From Candidatus Spyradocola sp. (lineage in GTDB: Bacteria; Bacillota; Clostridia; Christensenellales; UBA1750), in assembly GCA_034113365.1 (NCBI GenBank), contig JAXEXP010000083.1, positions 1 through 57,054 on the forward strand: DNA of 57,054 bases. The letters run 5' to 3'. Position 1 is the first letter of the stretch. Each line of letters opens with the position of its first letter. This document shows positions 19,020-28,599 of this stretch, piece by piece. The notes below the pieces were generated by a model. That model made no database searches and was not told the origin of the DNA. It saw nothing but the letters and a program-made list of their open reading frames with translations. Position numbers and translations under genes: made by a program.

Positions 19020-20261
19020 TCATTTGTCGAAGCGGAAGGCGTCCAGTTCGAGGTGCTCGCCCTTGAGGTTCAGCCAGACGGGCAGCGTGCCGGTGAGGCC
19101 GGGAGTCAGCGCGCCGTGCAGCTCGGTGAAGGCGTCGGCGGAGACGTCAATGGAGCCGAGGATGCGGTTCTGGGTAGTCATCACGGAGACGGCGCCCTTG
19201 CCGCGGGCGCGCAGCGTCCAGCCGGATGCGGGTTGGTGGAAGTTCAGGTAGCGGTATTCCGCCCAGCCCTCGTGCTTGCCCTCTTCGCAGGTGAGCATTT
19301 CGCGGCCTTCGGGCTGCGGGGCGATGAACCAGCCCCCGCGCAGGCGGCAGGCGACGGCGGCGTCGATCCAGCGGAAGGCGTCGAGGGGATCGGACGCGCC
19401 CTGCGAGGTCATCATCACCTCGTCGATGGAGCCATCGGGGTTGAAATGGATGGGCTCGACGCAGACTCTGCGGCTGGTGAAGCTGTTTTGCGAGGCGCGG
19501 TGGTAGAAGATGTACCACTGGCCGCGCCACTGACAGATGGAGCCGTGGTTGTTCCAGGTGCCGGGGTCGCAGAAGGTGTTGTCCACGATGACGCCGCCGC
19601 GCGTGTAAGGGCCCAGCGGCGCGTCGGCCACGGCATAGGACATGCAGGTGGCGCGGCCGCGCGTGGTGTCGGTATAGATGAGGTAATACTTGCCGCCATG
19701 CTTGCGGATGGACGAGCCCTCGTGGAAGCCGTGCTCCTGCTCGGTGAGGATGCCGTGGCGCAGGGTGGACAGGTCGAGCGAGGTCATGTCGGGGTTGAGC
19801 TTTGCGCCGCGCAGGCTGATCTGGCCCCAGAAGTAATAGGCTTGGCCGTCGTCGTCGATGAACACGGAGGGGTCGATGCCGTCGCCGTCTGCTCCGACGA
19901 TGGGCTGCGCGGAGTGGAAGGGGCCTTCCGGGCGGTCGGAGACCGCGACGCCCTCGTGGCCGAGGCAATCGCACATGTAGAGGTAGGTTTTGCCGTCGCG
20001 CTCGATGGCGTCGGGGGCAAAGAGCACGGTGTCGGGGCTCCACGGCAGGCCGGGATGGTCGGCGGTGTTGCGGAAGGAGACGCCGCAGTCCGTCCAATGC
20101 TCCATTTTGTCGTCGTCGGTGACGTAGACGTGGTACTCCTTGCTGCAATAGTCGGCGCAGCCGGAGAGGTCGTTGGAGCCGTAGAGGTAGAGCCTGCCGT
20201 CGGGCATGACGCGCGCTTCGGCGTCGGGGGTGAAGAATTGGGTGGGCAGCAGCGGATTCAT
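19020..20261 (-). CDS. glycoside hydrolase family 43 with CBM6-like C-terminus
   Basis: PDAEA...RLYLYGS, LFAPD, IDPSVFIDDDGQAY, FHEGS, NNHGS. Confidence 0.88.
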   Translation of the reverse strand: MNPLLPTQFFTPDAEARVMPDGRLYLYGSNDLSGCADYCSKEYHVYVTDDDKMEHWTDCGVSFRNTADHPGLPWSPDTVLFAPDAIERDGKTYLYMCDCLGHEGVAVSDRPEGPFHSAQPIVGADGDGIDPSVFIDDDGQAYYFWGQISLRGAKLNPDMTSLDLSTLRHGILTEQEHGFHEGSSIRKHGGKYYLIYTDTTRGRATCMSYAVADAPLGPYTRGGVIVDNTFCDPGTWNNHGSICQWRGQWYIFYHRASQNSFTSRRVCVEPIHFNPDGSIDEVMMTSQGASDPLDAFRWIDAAVACRLRGGWFIAPQPEGREMLTCEEGKHEGWAEYRYLNFHQPASGWTLRARGKGAVSVMTTQNRILGSIDVSADAFTELHGALTPGLTGTLPVWLNLKGEHLELDAFRFDK

Positions 20262-21082
20262 GCGTTCGATCCCTCCTTCGGTAGATTTGCGCCATAGTCC
20301 AGCCAGGCTTGGATCATGGCGCTGGCGATGGCAATGGACTGCGGGCCGCGGGGCAGCTCGTCGCGGGAGAACCAGCGGGCGTCGGCCAGCTCCTCCTGTT
20401 GGATGCGGATGGGCTCGCGCTCGTCGGCCTGGGCGAAGAAGCCCACCATGTGGGTGTCGGTAAAGGGCCAGGGCTGGTTGCCGAAGTATTGCAGGTTGGT
20501 CAGGTGCAGGCCGGTCTCCTCCAGCGCCTCGCGGCGGACGGCCTGCTCGAGGCTCTCGCCGATCTCGAGATACCCGGCGATGCAGGAGTAGAAGCCGCCC
20601 ACGAAGCGGCGGCCCTGCGCGAGCATCAGCTTGTCCGCGCCGTTGTGGATGAGCACGATGACGGCGGGCGAGATGCGCGGGTAGACGGTGTTGCTGCAGG
20701 AGGGGCAGGTCATGGCGCGCTCGGTGGCGCTATGGGTCATGGGCGCGCCGCAGCGTCCGCAGAAGCGGGTGTTGCGGTACCAATCCCAGAGGTGCTGCGC
20801 GGTGCCGCCGAGGAATGCCAGCGGCTGGGGCAGGCTGCGCAGTGCGCGGTGGGGCTGGCGCTGGGCGTAAAGCGGGGGCTGGTCGGCGAGGAACACGGCG
20901 CGGCCGTCGTAGTCGAACAGGTACTGGAAGGCGGTATCGGTGGGGTAGTCGGCGCAGGTCGGGAAGGCGTTGTCCCGGAGGTAGACGCCCTTGGGGTCGA
21001 AGTACAGCGCCAAGTCGCTGCGCTGCGGGGCGCGGGGGGAATAGGCGTTGGACAGCACGTGCGGTGCGATGTCGTGCAGCAT
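20258..21082 (-). CDS. nudC: NAD(H) pyrophosphatase NudC
   Basis: FCGRCG..CPSC zinc finger, YPRISP, Nudix box GESLEQAVRREALEETGL, NQPWPF. Confidence 0.92.
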   Translation of the reverse strand: MLHDIAPHVLSNAYSPRAPQRSDLALYFDPKGVYLRDNAFPTCADYPTDTAFQYLFDYDGRAVFLADQPPLYAQRQPHRALRSLPQPLAFLGGTAQHLWDWYRNTRFCGRCGAPMTHSATERAMTCPSCSNTVYPRISPAVIVLIHNGADKLMLAQGRRFVGGFYSCIAGYLEIGESLEQAVRREALEETGLHLTNLQYFGNQPWPFTDTHMVGFFAQADEREPIRIQQEELADARWFSRDELPRGPQSIAIASAMIQAWLDYGANLPKEGSNA

Positions 21083-21187
21083 AGGAACTCCTTGTTTTTT
21101 GCGAGAGAACAATGTCTCTTCTTCATTTGTATTGGATACGAAAAAGATACAGCTTGGGGCATCGAAGCGGGGCTTGGGGCTGTTTTG

Positions 21188-21267
21188 GTGCGTCTGGGGG
21201 TGGGGTGGCAGTTTACGGACACCTCATCAGTCGCCTGCGGGCGACAGCTTCCCCTCAAGGGGAAGCC
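21188..21267 (+). repeat. REP-like family A unit (core 21218-21267)
   Basis: one-base variant of the 18160 core. Confidence 0.9.
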
Positions 21268-21465
21268 GTAGGGTGCGCATTGCTGCTGACTGCATGAGTT
21301 GGCTGTTTATGCTGAACAATGAACGTTCACCATGCAAAAAGGTGGTGTTAGAACTGCATGTGATGTGATCCCTTGCGGCCGGGGTTGGGGTGCGGTGACG
21401 GGTGCTTCATCGGTCGCCTGCAAAAGGAAGGATGAGGCACATAGCCCGGATTCGCGCTTCCTTAA

Positions 21466-21755
21466 GGCTCCCCTTGAGGGTTTACCCAGAGGGGCGAAGC
21501 CCTGAAGGTCGAGCGTGTCGGAATAAACAGTCCGGTGGACTGACCTACGGAGGGGCGCAGCCCTGAAGCATGAGCGTTTCGGAGGGAACAGTCCTGTGGA
21601 CTGTTGCCGGAGAATAAGCCATGTGGAACACCGGAGCAGTCCAAAGGACTGATTCGGTGCGCAGATAGATGAAGCCGACCGGAACACCGGAACAGTCCGA
21701 AGGACTGTTTCGGTGCGGAGCGGGGAGCTGCCGGCCTTCGGCCGGCGGAAGGGTG
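21466..21755. mobile_element. nested composite: reverse REP A split by element B' (21481-21542 + 21665-21720), itself split by element B (21546-21664)
   Basis: internal duplication of GGAGGGGCGNAGCCCTGAAG and GGAACACCGGA..CAGTCC..GGACTG..TCGGTGCG; homologous to 30801-30923 and 50326-50453. Confidence 0.75.
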
Positions 21756-21815
21756 GCGCTGCAGCTCTGCCAAACGGATAATGACGTCAGTGGCTCAACA
21801 TGAAGTCCAAGGGGA

Positions 21816-23171
21816 TCATTTCAGGAAAAAGCGGAGGAGCTTTTCCTTTTTCTTCGTATAGGGGTGGTAGCGGATGGGCAGGTCCAGGAAGGTGGACTTG
21901 TCCAGCACGCTCTTTTCGTGGGAGAAGGTGTCGAAGGAGCGCTTGCCGTGGTAGGCGCCCATGCCGGACGCGCCCACGCCGCCAAAGCCCATGTGGGTGG
22001 TGGCCAGGTGCACCACGGTGTCGTTGACGCAGCCGCCGCCAAAGGACAGGCGGCGCAGCACCTCGCGCTGGGCGGGCTTGGACTCGGTGAACAGGTAGAG
22101 CGCGAGCGGCTTTTCGTCGCCGCGGACGAAGGCGATCATGTCCTCGAGGGTGTCCATGGGGAGGATGGGCAGGATGGGGCCGAAGATCTCCTCCTGCATT
22201 GCGGGGGCGGTGCGGTCGCGCACCTCGATGAGGGTGGGCTCGATGCGCAGGCCGTCGGTTTGCCCGCCGGCGAGGATCTGGGCGCCGTCCAGCAGGGCGG
22301 TCAGGCGCTGGGCGTGTTTTTCATTGATGATGTGGGGGTATTCGGGGCTTTGCAGCGGGTGCTCGCCCAGAAAAAGCGCGATGTACTTGCGCATGGCGGC
22401 GACGAGGGCGTCCTTTGCGCCGCGCTGCACCAGCACATAGTCGGGCGCGACGCAGGTCTGGCCGGAATTGAGCAGCTTGCCGAACACGATGCGCTTGGCG
22501 GCCAGGTCGATCTTGGCGTCGTCCAGCACGAGCACGGGGCTCTTGCCGCCCAGCTCGAGGGAGACGGGAGTGAGGAACTGCGCAGCCTTTTCCATCACGA
22601 GGCGGCCGACGGTCTTGCCGCCGGTGAAGAAGATGTAGTCAAAGCGGGTGTCGAGCAGCGCGGCGTTTTCGGCGCGGCCGCCCTGCACCACGCGCACCAG
22701 CTCGCGCGGCAGGCAGTCGCTGAGCAGGCGCTCCATGGCCTTGGCGGTGTGGGGCGCGTAGTTGGAGGGCTTGAGCACGACGCAGTTGCCCGCGGCGATG
22801 GCGCCGATGAGCGGCTCGAGTGACAGCTGCAGCGGGTAGTTCCACGGGGCCATGACCAGCACCAGGCCGTAGGGCTCGCGGTAGATGCGCGAGACGGCGT
22901 GGAACTGCGCCAGCGGCGTGCGCACGCGGCGGGGCCTGGCCCAACGCCGGAGGTGGCGGATCTGGCAGCGCAGCTCGTCGAGCACCAGGCCGACCTCGGT
23001 CATGTAGCCCTCCATGGGGGCCTTGCCAAGGTCCAGCTCCAGCGCGGCGAGCAGCTCCGCCTCGTGGCGGACGATGCCCTGCTGCAAGGCGCGCAGCCAG
23101 CCCAGCCGCGCGTCTGGATCCAGCGTATTGCCTGCGTCAAAGAAGGCGCGCATGTGCGAAAAATCCATCAT
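21816..23171 (-). CDS. aldehyde dehydrogenase (ALDH3-like)
   Basis: APWNYP, FFTGG, LELGGKSP, SGQTCVAPDY, EEIFGP. Confidence 0.95.
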   Translation of the reverse strand: MMDFSHMRAFFDAGNTLDPDARLGWLRALQQGIVRHEAELLAALELDLGKAPMEGYMTEVGLVLDELRCQIRHLRRWARPRRVRTPLAQFHAVSRIYREPYGLVLVMAPWNYPLQLSLEPLIGAIAAGNCVVLKPSNYAPHTAKAMERLLSDCLPRELVRVVQGGRAENAALLDTRFDYIFFTGGKTVGRLVMEKAAQFLTPVSLELGGKSPVLVLDDAKIDLAAKRIVFGKLLNSGQTCVAPDYVLVQRGAKDALVAAMRKYIALFLGEHPLQSPEYPHIINEKHAQRLTALLDGAQILAGGQTDGLRIEPTLIEVRDRTAPAMQEEIFGPILPILPMDTLEDMIAFVRGDEKPLALYLFTESKPAQREVLRRLSFGGGCVNDTVVHLATTHMGFGGVGASGMGAYHGKRSFDTFSHEKSVLDKSTFLDLPIRYHPYTKKKEKLLRFFLK

Positions 23172-23264
23172 GATGCTCACGCTCCCCTGTCATTTTGCCT
23201 GCAATCATTATAGCGCATCGCGGCGCAGAAATCCACAAAATCGCCCGCATTGCCCGCGTACTCC

Positions 23265-23293
23265 TTGAAACAAAGCAAAAACAGGATTATAAT
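23265..23293 (+). promoter_or_regulatory. sigma-A promoter of degV-family gene
   Basis: TTGAAA-17 bp-TATAAT. Confidence 0.75.
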
Positions 23294-23333
23294 AGAACCA
23301 TCCAGGCATTCCATGCGAAAGGAGGGAATTGAA

Positions 23334-24203
23334 TTGAAAGTCAAGATCTTTACCGACACCACCTGTGACCTGTGCCCCGAAAAGCGCGCGCAGCACGACA
23401 TCACGGCGCTGCCGCTGCATGTGATCCTTGGGGAGGAGGACCACCTGGACGGCGTGGACGTGACGCCGCAGCAGCTGTTCGACTACGCGCTGCACACCAA
23501 ACAGCTGCCCAAGACCGCTGCGGTGGGCGTACTGGAGTTCCAGAAGGCGTTTGCTGAAGCACTGGACGGCGGGTACGACGAGCTGATCTACACGGGGCTG
23601 TCCTCGGAGTTCTCCACGACGTATCACAACGCCTGCCTGGCGCGCGACGCGCTGGCAGAGCAGGGTTACGACCCCAAGCGCATCCATCTGGTGGACTCGC
23701 GGCAGCTGTCCTCGGGCGAGGCGCATCTGCTGCTGCGCGCGGCGGACATCCTGGAAAAGGGCGGCACCGCGCAGGACGCGGAGGACGACATGCGGGCGGT
23801 GATCCCGCGGCTGTCCACGCACTTCATCATCGACACGCTGCAGTACCTGCACATGGGCGGGCGCTGCTCGTCGGTGGCGTACCTGGCAGGCTCGGTGCTC
23901 AAGCTGCACCCGCAGATCAACGTCATCGACGGCAAGATGATCGCGGGCGAGAAGTTCCGCGGCAAGATCGACAGCTGCATCCAGCAGTACAAGCAGCGCA
24001 TGATCGTCGACCAGCTGGACCAGATCGAACCTGAGCGCATCTTCATCACCAGCACGCTGCCCCGCGACAAGGCGGAGGCGCTGGCCGAGGAGATCCGCGC
24101 GCTGGGGTACTTTGAGGAAGTGCTCGTCGAGACCGCCGGCGCAACCATCTCCAGCCACTGCGGTCCCAACACCATCGGTTATCTGACCATCCACAAGGCG
24201 TAA
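23334..24203 (+). CDS. DegV family fatty-acid-binding protein
   Basis: IFTDTTCDL, LSSEFSTTY, DSRQLS, YLHMGGR, SHCGPNTIG; TTG start after GGAGG. Confidence 0.92.
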   Translation: MKVKIFTDTTCDLCPEKRAQHDITALPLHVILGEEDHLDGVDVTPQQLFDYALHTKQLPKTAAVGVLEFQKAFAEALDGGYDELIYTGLSSEFSTTYHNACLARDALAEQGYDPKRIHLVDSRQLSSGEAHLLLRAADILEKGGTAQDAEDDMRAVIPRLSTHFIIDTLQYLHMGGRCSSVAYLAGSVLKLHPQINVIDGKMIAGEKFRGKIDSCIQQYKQRMIVDQLDQIEPERIFITSTLPRDKAEALAEEIRALGYFEEVLVETAGATISSHCGPNTIGYLTIHKA

Positions 24204-24396
24204 ACCATTTCATACTGCATCATTTATCCGTACCTTACGTCGCGCCGCATCGCTCAAATGCGGCGCGGCGTTTTTGTGCGCGGGCGACCGCGGATTTTTT
24301 TTGCGTCCGGCCAGACTTTTTTAACACAAATCCCGGAAAAAGCCATGTGCAACGGGCAAAAACTCTGGTATAATAAAGCATTGGAGGGATGAACAC

Positions 24397-25617
24397 ATGA
24401 CTTTTGAAAAGCAGATCTTTGGCGTGCTTCGCAACGAAAACGGCCCGGACGCCTGCAATAACGTGGTGCTGACCGGCGATATGAACAACGACGGCTGGAA
24501 TGACATCGTGCTGTGCGGCAACTGCGGCAGCCTGGCCGTGCTGCGCAACGGCGAGAACTACCGCCGCTGGGAGCGCGTGATCCTGGACGACGCGGTGGAG
24601 CACGTGGGCGGCGCGGCCGCGCTGTGCGACCTGACGGGCAACGGCTACCTGGACATCGTGCTTGCGGGCGACAATCAGTCCGACAAGGTGATCTGGTACG
24701 AGAATCCCGGAGACCTTGAGGCCAAATGGGAAAAGCACGTCGCGTTTGAGACGGGCTGCAACGGCTTTACCGACATGGTGCTCACCGACAACCTGCTGGG
24801 CGACGGCCGCCGCTGCCTGCTGATGACCAACACCGCGCCCGAGGGCACCCGCGTGCTGTGCGCGCCCCTGCCTGCGGACGCAAAGGCCCCCTGGGCCGCG
24901 CCCATGGTGCTGGCCGAGGGCCTGCTGGATGAGGACAGCGAATACGGCATCTCCGCGCCCGCCACGGGCCTTGCCGTGGGCGATCTGGACGGCGACGGCC
25001 ATCTGGAGTTCGTGTGCGGCACGCGCTGGTTCAAGCGCGAGGGCGAGGCCTTTGTCGGCCACAAATACTGCGAGAACAAGGTCTCCTGCCGCGTGGCCCT
25101 GGGCGACGTAGACGGCAGGGACGAGCTGGCCATTGTGGTGTGCGAGAGCGCGGCCATCCGCGAATACGAGCTCTCGGGCGCTACGCTGTCGGTCTACCGC
25201 CAGGGCGTGGACATCGCGCAGCCCTGGGAAGAGGAAGTGCTGTGCGACAGCATCAACGACTGCGGCGCGCTGCTGGTAGGCAATCTGACCGGCGGCAAGA
25301 CCCCCGACATCATCGTGGGCGAGGTGGGCCAGGAGGGCCTGACGCGCAGCCTGTGCACCTTTGCAAAGCCCGCGCACCTGGGCGGCTTCAACTTCACCGC
25401 CGACACCACCCGGTACCTGAGCCAGGGCGAAAAGCCCGTCACCCGCATCTTCACCCGCAAGGACGGGGAGTTCGTGGGCAGCGTGCTGTCGGAGGACACC
25501 GGCCTGTACGCGGCGGCGCTGTCCGACGTGCTGCACGCGGGCCGTCCCTCGCTGGTGGGCGTGCCCAAGATCGGCCCGGAGAGATGGGCGCTGGAGTGCT
25601 TCACCGCCCGCAACTGA
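24397..25617 (+). CDS. FG-GAP/VCBS repeat beta-propeller protein, no signal peptide
   Basis: repeated GD(M/L/V)x(N/G)DGxxDIV motifs (GDMNNDGWNDIV, CDLTGNGYLDIV, GDLDGDGHLEF), WYENPG. Confidence 0.75.
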   Translation: MTFEKQIFGVLRNENGPDACNNVVLTGDMNNDGWNDIVLCGNCGSLAVLRNGENYRRWERVILDDAVEHVGGAAALCDLTGNGYLDIVLAGDNQSDKVIWYENPGDLEAKWEKHVAFETGCNGFTDMVLTDNLLGDGRRCLLMTNTAPEGTRVLCAPLPADAKAPWAAPMVLAEGLLDEDSEYGISAPATGLAVGDLDGDGHLEFVCGTRWFKREGEAFVGHKYCENKVSCRVALGDVDGRDELAIVVCESAAIREYELSGATLSVYRQGVDIAQPWEEEVLCDSINDCGALLVGNLTGGKTPDIIVGEVGQEGLTRSLCTFAKPAHLGGFNFTADTTRYLSQGEKPVTRIFTRKDGEFVGSVLSEDTGLYAAALSDVLHAGRPSLVGVPKIGPERWALECFTARN

Positions 25618-25660
25618 GACAAAGGGGAACAGACAGATAACAAAGCAGGGGGAACAGAAC

Positions 25661-26311
25661 ATGAAAAAGCTGGCCATCGTGCTGCTGAACGACTACTGGC
25701 ACCCGGCGCAGAGCATCGAGCCGCTGCTGCCGATGATCTTTGATGAGAAGGAATGGATCGTCCGCGTGACGGAGGATCCCAACTACGTCGGCGCGCACAT
25801 GATCCCGCCGGACCTGGTGATGAACTTCAAGGACGGCATCGCCGACACCTCCATCCCCACCACCAACTGGTACACCAACCATGCGTGGCCGCCCTATGTG
25901 GTGCCCATGCTCTTTGCGGGCGGCGGTGCGGGCTACATCGGCGTGCACTGCGGGCTGGCCAACATTCCCGCGGACTCGCCGGTGTACACCGAGCTGCTGC
26001 GCGGGCGTTTCATCACCCACCCGCCCAAGTGCCCCGTCAAGGTGAAGATCACCGCGGAGCACCCCGTGACCGAGGGCGTGCACGACTTTGAAATTGAGGA
26101 CGAGCACTACCAGATGGAGGGGCTGTGGGATCAGACGCAGGTGCTGGGCACCACCGAGTCCGAGCACGGCAGCCAGGTGGGCATCTGGGCGCACGAGTTG
26201 GGCGCCTGCCGCGTTGTGGGCATCACGCCCGGCCACACCACCGAGGTACTCACCCACCCCGAGATGGTCAAGCTGCTGCGCAACGCCGTGAACTGGGCAG
26301 CCAAGCGCTAA
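25661..26311 (+). CDS. ThuA-like (class I glutamine amidotransferase fold) protein
   Basis: DYWH, GYIGVHCG, GRFITHP, HPVTEGV, DEHY, PGHT. Confidence 0.8.
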   Translation: MKKLAIVLLNDYWHPAQSIEPLLPMIFDEKEWIVRVTEDPNYVGAHMIPPDLVMNFKDGIADTSIPTTNWYTNHAWPPYVVPMLFAGGGAGYIGVHCGLANIPADSPVYTELLRGRFITHPPKCPVKVKITAEHPVTEGVHDFEIEDEHYQMEGLWDQTQVLGTTESEHGSQVGIWAHELGACRVVGITPGHTTEVLTHPEMVKLLRNAVNWAAKR

Positions 26312-26471
26312 AGAGACGCAATGCCGCCGCGCAGTCTGGATTTTCAGGCTGTGCGGCGGTGTTTTTTATCTGGAAATTTCAGGGTTGACAAGGAGCGCGG
26401 ACTGCGCTATCGTTAAATTCAGGGAAAGCAAGCCCGACATACACACAGAACAAACGGAAGGGGCGTAACGC

Positions 26472-27701
26472 ATGAAGATCACAGACCTCAAGGGCGCCAT
26501 CATCGGCAACAACATCTGTCTGCGCGTGGTGACCGACGCCGGCATCGACGGCTACTCGCAGGTGGAGGAATTCAAGGATTTCCTGTTTCCCAACATCGAA
26601 TACTACAAAAAGGCCATTGTGGGCAGCGACCCGACGGACGTGGAGGCCGTGATGCGGCGCATCCGCCGTCTGGGCGCGTTCAAGCCGTGGGGCAAGCTGG
26701 TCAGCTCCATCGAGATGGCGCTGTGGGACATCGCGGGCAAGGACGCGGGCGTGCCCGTCTACAAGCTGCTGGGCGGTAAGGTGCGCGACAAGGTGCGCGT
26801 CTACTGCACAATGTACTCCAATGAGGAGCTGCCGCACCCCGAGCGCTTCTCGCTCAACCCCGAGACGCGTGCCGAAAATGTGCTCTACCTGCACGAAAAG
26901 TACGGCTTCTCCATCGTAAAGACCGCGCTGTCCTTCCACAACCCGGGCTTTACGCAGCTGGCCATCGACGAGGGCTACGCCTACAACAGCTACCCCGTCG
27001 AGCCGCCGGTGCAGTACTTTGAGAACGCCAACGGCTCCATGCTCACCAAGAAGGGCATGGACTTTCTGCTGAACTATGTGCACCGCCTGCGCGAGCTGGT
27101 GGGCGACAAGGTGGGTCTGGCGTTCGACTGCGGCCCCGGCATGATGCCCTGCGACGCGCTGCGCTTTGCAAAGGGCGTGGAGGACTGCAACGTGATGTGG
27201 CTCGAGGACATGGTCACGGGCGACAACGAGGGCTACAACATGGCCAACCTCTACCGCGACATCACCAACAACACCACCACCAACATCCACACCGGCGAGC
27301 AGGTGTATCTGCGCCAGAACTACCGCGAGATGATCGAGACGCAGGCCGTCAATATCCTCGGCCCCGACCCGGCCGACGTGGGCGGCATTGCGGAGCTTAA
27401 GTTCATCGCGGAGTACGCAAACCTGCACGGCATACTCATCGCGCCGCACGGCGTGTTCGACGGCGTATTCGGCATGGCGGCGCTGACGCAGGTGTCCTGC
27501 ACGATGCCGCAGAACTACATCGCCTACGAGTACCCGCAGGCGCATCCCGCGTGGTGGTACGACATCGTGGAGGGCCTGCCCGAGGGCTTCTTCAAGGACG
27601 GCCACGTCACGGTGTGGAACAAGCCGGGCATCGGCGTGGAGTTCAACATCCCCAAGGCGGAGAAGTATCTGCGCCCCGAGGACAAGGATTTCTTCCTCTA
27701 A
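26472..27701 (+). CDS. mandelate racemase/muconate lactonising enzyme (enolase superfamily), probable acid-sugar dehydratase
   Basis: IEMALWDIAGK..GVPVYKLLGGKVRD, WLED, TGEQ, IAPH. Confidence 0.9.
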   Translation: MKITDLKGAIIGNNICLRVVTDAGIDGYSQVEEFKDFLFPNIEYYKKAIVGSDPTDVEAVMRRIRRLGAFKPWGKLVSSIEMALWDIAGKDAGVPVYKLLGGKVRDKVRVYCTMYSNEELPHPERFSLNPETRAENVLYLHEKYGFSIVKTALSFHNPGFTQLAIDEGYAYNSYPVEPPVQYFENANGSMLTKKGMDFLLNYVHRLRELVGDKVGLAFDCGPGMMPCDALRFAKGVEDCNVMWLEDMVTGDNEGYNMANLYRDITNNTTTNIHTGEQVYLRQNYREMIETQAVNILGPDPADVGGIAELKFIAEYANLHGILIAPHGVFDGVFGMAALTQVSCTMPQNYIAYEYPQAHPAWWYDIVEGLPEGFFKDGHVTVWNKPGIGVEFNIPKAEKYLRPEDKDFFL

Positions 27702-27720
27702 GCCGGTCTCATCGCAAGTC

Positions 27721-27758
27721 AAAAGCGCTTCCCGTTTTTCGGGAAGCGCTTGTTTTTT
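27721..27758. terminator. bidirectional terminator
   Basis: AAAAGCGCTTCCCG-TTTTT-CGGGAAGCGCTTGTTTTTT. Confidence 0.8.
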
Positions 27759-27761
27759 GCA

Positions 27762-28598
27762 TTATTTGCCTGCCAGCACGTCGCCAATGAACTGCAGCTC
27801 CGTCTCAAACAGGCGCTCGCAGTCCTCCGGCTCGTTGTGGATCTCGTGGAAGGCGTTGGGGAACTCGACGTAGCGGACGCCGGCGGCCTTTGCGGCGAAT
27901 GCGCGGCTGCCCTCCACCGAACAGATGGGGTCCTTGGCGCCGTGGCAGAGCAGCAGCGGCACCTTGAGCTGCTGTGGATTGTCCAGCACCCACTGCGCGG
28001 CGCGGTTGGCGTCGCCCGCAAGGCCCAGACCGATGCGGTCGTGGTTGAGGGGATCGACGTCATAGGCGGCGCACACCGCGGCGTCGTGGCTGAGCGCCGA
28101 GGCGGGGATGCCGTTTTTGATGGAGATTGGGTTGAGCACGCCCGCCATTGCGCCCACGACGTCGAACAGCGCCTTGGGCGGCGGGTTGACGAGGCGCAGC
28201 CACGGGCTGGTGATGATGGCGCCGGCGACGGGCGGCTTGGCGTTGAGCGTGGTAAACAGGCCGATCAGCCCGCCCAGCGAATGGCCGAACTGGAACACGG
28301 GCAGGCCGGTCTCCTTGATGGCAAGCTCGATCATGGTCACCATGTCGCGCTCAAGGTCGCGCATGCGGGCGATGCCGCGCTGGCTCTTTTGGGTGACGTT
28401 GCGGCCGTGGCCGCGGTGGTCGTGGACGTAGACGGTGATGCCGCTGCGGTTCATGACCTCGGCAAAGCGCTGGTAGCGGTCGCCGTGCTCGCCCAGGCCG
28501 TGCGCGATGCACAGCACGGCGCGGGGATTATCCGCCTCAAAGGCGCGCGCGTAGAGCCTGACGCCGTCCGGGCAGGTCAGCTCGAACTCTCTTCTCAT
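27762..28598 (-). CDS. alpha/beta hydrolase (lysophospholipase/monoacylglycerol lipase-like)
   Basis: HGLGEH, DHRGHG, GHSLGG, HEIHNE. Confidence 0.9.
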   Translation of the reverse strand: MRREFELTCPDGVRLYARAFEADNPRAVLCIAHGLGEHGDRYQRFAEVMNRSGITVYVHDHRGHGRNVTQKSQRGIARMRDLERDMVTMIELAIKETGLPVFQFGHSLGGLIGLFTTLNAKPPVAGAIITSPWLRLVNPPPKALFDVVGAMAGVLNPISIKNGIPASALSHDAAVCAAYDVDPLNHDRIGLGLAGDANRAAQWVLDNPQQLKVPLLLCHGAKDPICSVEGSRAFAAKAAGVRYVEFPNAFHEIHNEPEDCERLFETELQFIGDVLAGK

Positions 28599-28599
28599 A

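Noticed and set aside
21481-21720. CRISPR array
   Set aside because: Repeats are nested halves of a longer element, not constant repeats with unique spacers; no cas genes.
21307-21773. ORFs 21307-21687, 21462-21773, 30752-31120 and 50229-50504 sharing peptide motifs
   Set aside because: The shared peptides are translations of the repeat DNA in various frames; no RBS or coding signal.
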